A program made the translations under genes and the position numbers. The notes below the pieces were generated by a model, which saw only the letters and a program-made list of their open reading frames with translations, had not been told where the DNA came from and ran no database searches. This document shows, in pieces, positions 59,302-64,000 of a stretch of DNA of 64,000 nucleotides (position 1 is its first letter; each line of letters opens with the position of its first letter). The stretch comes from Candidatus Saccharimonadota bacterium (GTDB lineage Bacteria > Patescibacteriota > Saccharimonadia > Saccharimonadales > JAICHO01): the NCBI GenBank assembly GCA_025924835.1, contig JAICHO010000001.1, positions 2,553-66,552 on the forward strand. Reading direction: 5' to 3'.

Positions 59302-59419
59302 GGTTTTATTTTGTCTGTTCCATTAAGGAAATAACTTATAAAACAGAGTATACCATAAATGTTACTCTAAGTAAATATGTAGTCGGTGGCGATTGCGGTT
59401 TTGAGATATACTCTACTTA

Positions 59420-59608
59420 ATGATGACTGACCCGAATGAATCAACACTATCTGTATCGCCTGAAGACCAAGATCTTGATGTGCAGGCTGTATCGCTCGTG
59501 ACCCGTGGTTTTGCAACGGCCTTTCGGAATAGTGGGGTTGCTATTGAAGTGGTAGAAGACGGCGCTGAGATTACCTTTCCAGAGGCAGAGGCTCCAGCGC
59601 TTGATTAA
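59420..59608 (+). CDS. small acidic hypothetical protein (62 aa), divergent from kinase paralog B
   Basis: ORF only (Asp/Glu-rich). Could be spurious. Confidence 0.3.
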   Translation: MMTDPNESTLSVSPEDQDLDVQAVSLVTRGFATAFRNSGVAIEVVEDGAEITFPEAEAPALD

Positions 59609-59619
59609 TTAAAGATAGG

Positions 59620-60954
59620 TCAAACTGCGATTAAAGCGTCCGTAAACTCTTCATCAAACACCTTGAGTAGTACGCGTTGGGCGCGTCGTAAGGCTCCTTG
59701 ACTGGCTGGTAGTTTTCGGTTTTGGTAGGCAGCCAGCAAGTCATCGGCCGCTTGAGCCATTTTATCGGTACTACATCGCTTGAAGTACAGCACAGGAATG
59801 CCACCGTAATCTTCTTCTCCGACCCTATTTCGTCTACTTGCTTTGGCCCCATGAGCAGCCTTTTTGGCGTTATCCCCCTCTTCCTCTTCGCGGCTTAACA
59901 GTTTGAGCTGTATAGGCGTCGTATGAACAAAATTGCCGTCGGTATCACGCCTTTGCACAATCAAATCAAATGATCGATAAGGTCGGAGCTTCAGGGTATT
60001 CGGTTCATCCTCGTGCTTAAAGGCCCGACGCAGACCATAATCAATCGCAGCGCCTGGTTCAGAATGTACATACATTAACCCCCTGGTTACAATGGCTGCA
60101 AAGCTTTCCAGCATAAAACCCGCCCAGTCCGCACCTTCATCCCCTCCGGTTAGAGCGTCGCGTGCGTCTGCTAACTTCACTTGCCTGCCTATTTCTTGCA
60201 GGTCAACTAGTTGCTCTTCCAACAGTTCAATGGCAAGCTCCTGCAAAGACTGCAGCCACTCATTATCGCCCGCCAGCTTGGCAGCCCTCAGGTCCTGATC
60301 AAGCCACTCAAAGCGAATATCGGCCCGATACTGGCTAGCCAGCAACCTATCTGTCCATTCGGCAGTTGTATCATCGTATAAACGGTCATATGCCAAGACA
60401 GCCGTTACAAACAGAGTCTCTCGGGCGCTTGGCTCTTGCTCTACCCAGGCAGCCTTATGAATGAGCTGACCAGCCAGCAAAAGATCTTTGGTGGGTTTTT
60501 GCAATTCCCAGCTATTCTTCCCCACCAGGGTCATGAATTGTTCAGATACATGCTCTGAATCGGAACCTGTCATAATAAAGTCTTCTGGATCCCCCGAGTA
60601 ATTGGCGTAGAGCAATAGCCCGGCTGCCCGCAGCAAATCAGGCTGTCCTTCATGATATGCGTTAAAACTGCCTATCGCTTGGTCCCAGGCGGCAACAGCA
60701 TTACTTATCGTCGCTTCTTGCGGCTTACCAGTGCGCATATCGGGCATTAATTCAAAATCGGGTAACTGCCCGTCGCATACAACTCGGGCAGTAAGAGCAC
60801 CCACATAACTGCCTAACCGGCATGTTTTTAGAACATCGTCTAGATTGACAAAGTTACTAGCCTCTCTGAATTCGCTCCAGTAGTCACCATAAGGACCCGA
60901 TTGGGCGGATGGAACCTCAAAAGTGTTAGGAATTGGCTGTTTTACCTGAAGCAT
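59620..60954 (-). CDS. hypothetical protein (444 aa)
   Basis: Long ORF with no recognisable domain. Confidence 0.55.
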   Translation of the reverse strand: MLQVKQPIPNTFEVPSAQSGPYGDYWSEFREASNFVNLDDVLKTCRLGSYVGALTARVVCDGQLPDFELMPDMRTGKPQEATISNAVAAWDQAIGSFNAYHEGQPDLLRAAGLLLYANYSGDPEDFIMTGSDSEHVSEQFMTLVGKNSWELQKPTKDLLLAGQLIHKAAWVEQEPSARETLFVTAVLAYDRLYDDTTAEWTDRLLASQYRADIRFEWLDQDLRAAKLAGDNEWLQSLQELAIELLEEQLVDLQEIGRQVKLADARDALTGGDEGADWAGFMLESFAAIVTRGLMYVHSEPGAAIDYGLRRAFKHEDEPNTLKLRPYRSFDLIVQRRDTDGNFVHTTPIQLKLLSREEEEGDNAKKAAHGAKASRRNRVGEEDYGGIPVLYFKRCSTDKMAQAADDLLAAYQNRKLPASQGALRRAQRVLLKVFDEEFTDALIAV

Positions 60955-61044
60955 TTATTTTACGGGACCCGCTAACTCTAACCGTATGGTAGCACTGGCA
61001 CGGTTACGGCGTCAAAATATTGTTCGTCGGTACGCCAATGGTTA

Positions 61045-62322
61045 TTACGCCTTGGCAAGCAGCTGCCGGGCAATTTCGCGCTCATCCCAAGGGATGTTTT
61101 TGCCGCCCATGTTGCGGAAATCCTCATGGCCCATACCGGCCAATATTACAACATCACCTTTTTTGGCTTCTTTAAAAGCAGTCTGTATGGCCTTGTACCG
61201 GTCGGCAATAACTTTTGTTTTGGGCTCACCGCCAGCCTGTACAATCCCCTGGTATACGGCCTGTCGGATTGCATCCGGATCCTCGTTGTAGGTTTCGTCA
61301 TCCGTTAAATAGATGCTGTCGGCATACTTGGCGGCAAGCTGGCCCATAATCGGCCGTTTTGCCTTGTCACGGTCACCGGTAGCGCCAAAAACAATGCTAA
61401 CTCGCCCCTTGTGCTTCCCAGCTTGCAGAACCTTCTGCAAAGCATCGGGCGTGACGGCAAAGTCAACCCAGACTGTGAAATTCTGGCCTTGATCAATGTT
61501 TTCCATACGGCCCGGGACTAGCTCCAGAGTGCCTATCCCTTCCGTGATCGCATTGTCGTTCAAGCCCAAGATTATCCCCACGGCCGCTGCGGCAGTAGCG
61601 TTATATACGTTAAACAGGGCCGAGAGTTTAGTATGTAGAGAGATAGCCCGGCTCTGATAAGCCAGCTGCCACTGACTACCCTGCCCTTCCTGAATCACTT
61701 TTTCTATGCGTACCGTACTGTCAGATATCTGTCCATACGTTGCTATCTGCCCGACAGATTGCTGCTGAAAATAATCATACCAGTCATCGTCACGGTTCAG
61801 AATACAGTGCTTAGGCTTAAGATAGCCGTTGAATAAGCGCGCTTTGGCTTCAGCGTACCGCTCCATAGTTTTGTGGTAATCCAGATGGTCCTGGGTCAAA
61901 TTGGTCATGACCGCCACCTCAATCGGGATACCAACAAGCTTGTGCTGGTGCAAGGCCATACTAGTGACCTCTAGCACCACAAAGTCCACTCCTTGCTCTT
62001 TAGCAGATTTTAAGAATTCAAGTAGTTTGCCGGTTAATGCTACTGAACGGTGCGTCTTGTTCGGCTCTGGCTTGCCATTCATTTCTATAACGGCCGTCGT
62101 ATACATAGCAGTTTTGTACCCTGCAGCCTTAAGCACCTCGTTTATGTAGCAACAGGTCGTGGTCTTGCCGTTCGTCCCCGTTATGGCAATGATCCTGAGA
62201 CCTTTTGCCGGGAAACCATAACGGGCCTGCAGTGTGTACACCCGGCTTTTACGGTACGTTTCTTCTGCCAGTTTAATTCCCTGCTTTGGCAAGATTTTCC
62301 GGACCAACTTCTTTGGATTCAT
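61045..62322 (-). CDS. murE: Mur ligase family protein, MurE-like (UDP-MurNAc-tripeptide synthetase) with a short N-terminal domain
   Basis: P-loop GTNGKTTT about 50 aa from the start, middle-domain DHLDYH, MurE-type C-terminus GATGDRDKAKRP...DDETYNEDP. AGGAGG SD 5 nt before the ATG at 62322. Confidence 0.8.
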   Translation of the reverse strand: MNPKKLVRKILPKQGIKLAEETYRKSRVYTLQARYGFPAKGLRIIAITGTNGKTTTCCYINEVLKAAGYKTAMYTTAVIEMNGKPEPNKTHRSVALTGKLLEFLKSAKEQGVDFVVLEVTSMALHQHKLVGIPIEVAVMTNLTQDHLDYHKTMERYAEAKARLFNGYLKPKHCILNRDDDWYDYFQQQSVGQIATYGQISDSTVRIEKVIQEGQGSQWQLAYQSRAISLHTKLSALFNVYNATAAAAVGIILGLNDNAITEGIGTLELVPGRMENIDQGQNFTVWVDFAVTPDALQKVLQAGKHKGRVSIVFGATGDRDKAKRPIMGQLAAKYADSIYLTDDETYNEDPDAIRQAVYQGIVQAGGEPKTKVIADRYKAIQTAFKEAKKGDVVILAGMGHEDFRNMGGKNIPWDEREIARQLLAKA

Positions 62323-62344
62323 ACCTCCTAGTATACTGGTTCTA

Positions 62345-63412
62345 ATGCGGATCCTTGGAATAGAAACTAGCTGCGACGAAACTGCCTGCGGCATCGTAGA
62401 AGACGGCAAACGATTGCTGTCTAATGTTGTCTTGTCCAGTATGGACCTGCACGCCGCCTATGGTGGTGTCGTACCAGAAATTGCCGCCCGCAGCCATATT
62501 GAGGCAATTATCCCTGTTATTAGACAATCCTTGCAGCAAGCTCAGTGTACGTGGGATGACATTGATGGTATTGCCGTTACCTATGGGGCCGGCCTAGGCG
62601 GTTCCTTGCTGGTAGGCGTCATGACTGCCCGGACCCTGGCAATTACCAAAAATAAGCCGCTGTATGCCATTAACCACGTGGAGGCACACATTTACGCCAA
62701 CTTCCTCACCGACGCGGCACCTTCCTTGCAAGATTATGTACTCCCCAAACATCAGCCGGAGTTTCCAATGCTAGGGCTTATCGTATCTGGCGGCCATAGT
62801 CAGCTGGTACTGTGGCGTGGTCATTTTGATTACACCTTACTTGGCCAAACTCAAGATGACGCTATCGGCGAGGCCTTTGACAAGGTAGCTAAGGTTTTGG
62901 GCCTGCCCTACCCTGGCGGTCCCAATATTGAACGGGCTGCCGAGCACGGTGACCCTTATGCGTTTAACTTCCCCAAAGCCAAAATGCCTAACAAATATGA
63001 TTATAGCTTCTCTGGGCCCAAAACAGCCGTCCTGCGCGCTGCACAGCAGCAGATTGGTGAATCACACGACTTTCCTAGCCATAAGCTGTCACAGCGACTG
63101 TCTGAAGCCCAGAAGGCCAACATTGCTGCCAGCTTTCAGCGCATAGCTGTTGAGACCGTTGTCGACAAGACCATAATGGCATATGAGGAAGGTAAACCAC
63201 TGAGCGTGGTGATCGGCGGCGGCGTCGCCAGCAGCCCGGAGTTACGACGACAGCTAGCTCAGCGCTTGCCTATAGAGATTGCATATACTGACAGAAAGCT
63301 CTGTACCGATAACGGTGCCATGATAGCTACACTAGGCTGCTTCCATATGCTGCACAACCAGCCGGTTGCCGACCCCTATAAATTAGCCATCTCCCCTAAT
63401 CTGTCCATGTAG
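62345..63412 (+). CDS. tsaD: tRNA N6-adenosine threonylcarbamoyltransferase TsaD (Kae1/YgjD)
   Basis: MRILGIETSCDETA...HVEAH metal-binding motifs. Start at 62345, not the ORF-track 62234. Confidence 0.92.
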   Translation: MRILGIETSCDETACGIVEDGKRLLSNVVLSSMDLHAAYGGVVPEIAARSHIEAIIPVIRQSLQQAQCTWDDIDGIAVTYGAGLGGSLLVGVMTARTLAITKNKPLYAINHVEAHIYANFLTDAAPSLQDYVLPKHQPEFPMLGLIVSGGHSQLVLWRGHFDYTLLGQTQDDAIGEAFDKVAKVLGLPYPGGPNIERAAEHGDPYAFNFPKAKMPNKYDYSFSGPKTAVLRAAQQQIGESHDFPSHKLSQRLSEAQKANIAASFQRIAVETVVDKTIMAYEEGKPLSVVIGGGVASSPELRRQLAQRLPIEIAYTDRKLCTDNGAMIATLGCFHMLHNQPVADPYKLAISPNLSM

Positions 63413-63627
63413 CACTGTGCGTCGTGCCGTAGTTATGTTATGCTTATGGTTGAAAACAAAAAGTTCGCATATTGCCATGGGTGTGGCAGGTACTTTGCAA
63501 ACAAACGTAACAATTTAGGAGACAAACTTAGGGGTTTCACATGAAACCGTTGAGTTTTTTTGCTAATTTTCTGTTTATGTTCATCTGAGTGGTTATAGCG
63601 TACCAGAGGTGGTATGATGTTATTTAT

Positions 63628-64000
63628 ATGAATTTACCAAAAACGTACGAACCGGGTACCTATGAGAAGGACATCTACGCTCTCTGGGAAAGTAAGGGTG
63701 CTTTTATGGCGCATCCCGAAAAAGACGCCGAGCGGTTCGTTATTTCTATGCCGCCGCCTAACGAAACTGGTACCTTGAGCCTGGGCCATGCCATGTACAC
63801 GCTGCAGGATATTATGATCAGATACGCCCGTATGCAAGGCAAGGATGCCTTGTGGCTGCCCGGAACCGACCACGCCGCCATCGCCGTTAATGCCATTATA
63901 GAAAAGCGGCTGGCAGAGGAGGGGACCAACAAGCATGAAGTCGGCCGCGAGGAGTTCTTGCGCAGGACCAAGGAGTTTGTCGGCAATAGTCGTGACACTA
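63628..64000 (+). CDS. valS: valine--tRNA ligase, N-terminal part (continues beyond the window)
   Basis: MNLPKTYEPGTYEKDIYALWE...PPPNETGTLSLGHA (class I HIGH region, ValS-type PPPNVTG). The ORF is open to the window end. Confidence 0.75.
   Translation, partial: MNLPKTYEPGTYEKDIYALWESKGAFMAHPEKDAERFVISMPPPNETGTLSLGHAMYTLQDIMIRYARMQGKDALWLPGTDHAAIAVNAIIEKRLAEEGTNKHEVGREEFLRRTKEFVGNSRDT

Noticed and set aside
61045-62322. Calling the Mur ligase MurT (lipid II amidation partner of GatD) or CapB (poly-gamma-glutamate synthase)
   Set aside because: The early P-loop position resembles MurT, and CapA genes are nearby. However, the C-terminal GDRDKAKRP...DDETYNEDP block is the MurE/MurF-type domain 3, not the MurT DUF1727 domain or the CapB pattern (GTRGKSS). 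It is kept as MurE-like.
62234-62344. ORF-track start of tsaD at 62234 (and murE at 62409)
   Set aside because: These starts would make the two divergent genes overlap by about 175 nt. Internal starts have canonical N-termini: MRILGIETSCDE for TsaD, and the AGGAGG-preceded MNPKK for the ligase.
63413-63627. T-box riboswitch upstream of valS
   Set aside because: Only a 7-nt partial match (GGTGGTA) is present, without the rest of the conserved T-box sequence or a plausible specifier/antiterminator architecture.
2021-63627. tRNA or other structured RNA genes in intergenic gaps (2021-2181, 7983-8122, 12352-12482, 48875-48997, 49577-49754, 56086-56264, 60955-61044, 63413-63627)
   Set aside because: No cloverleaf-compatible segments (no T-arm GTTCRANYC-like motif with matching acceptor pairing) were seen by eye. 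The gaps are better explained as promoters, leaders and terminators.
1-64000. Possibility of an alternative genetic code (stop-codon reassignment) given the in-frame TAA in holA
   Set aside because: All other long genes terminate on TAA, TAG or TGA and are intact under the standard table, and no in-frame TGA or TAG is seen in conserved genes. Genome-wide recoding is therefore not supported; the holA TAA is an isolated event.

Overview
This 64-kb window is a dense, mostly minus-strand stretch of bacterial chromosome carrying housekeeping genes in conserved operon contexts: rpsO-pnp, truB, an ABC-F factor, rpsT, fpg, polA, dnaG-rpoD, groES-groEL with a CIRCE operator, argS, the start of valS, tsaD, a MurE-like ligase, gdh and mscL. 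Standard genetic code; genes end in TAA/TAG/TGA. Accessory content includes a trehalose OtsA-OtsB fusion flanked by two Nudix hydrolases, a P-type ATPase, two CapA paralogs around a VanY-like carboxypeptidase, an LPXTG surface protein, a tandem asparaginase pair, and a CDP-alcohol phosphatidyltransferase / PHP / CarS-like operon. Gene content and the Gram-positive-type envelope genes (sortase substrate, VanY, Mur ligase) in a reduced, hypothetical-rich genome suggest a CPR / Saccharibacteria-like organism; this is a low-confidence inference. No rRNA, tRNA, CRISPR array or mobile element was recognised. Observations worth follow-up: (1) a 5-gene lineage-specific locus (56265-60954) with two paralogous atypical kinase-fold proteins, three unknown proteins and a divergent tiny acidic ORF, the best candidate for an undescribed system; (2) a 47-aa membrane mini-protein ORF inserted between groES and groEL with TAATG coupling to groEL; (3) holA interrupted by a single in-frame TAA; (4) a NrnA-like DHH protein with degenerate catalytic motifs and a ~400-aa disordered Pro/Glu-rich tail; (5) a TadA-like deaminase with the catalytic Glu replaced (HAE->HDG); (6) an archaeal-type CarS homolog in an operon with a phosphatidyltransferase; (7) a consensus promoter driving a leader with terminator/antiterminator architecture upstream of the argS operon.
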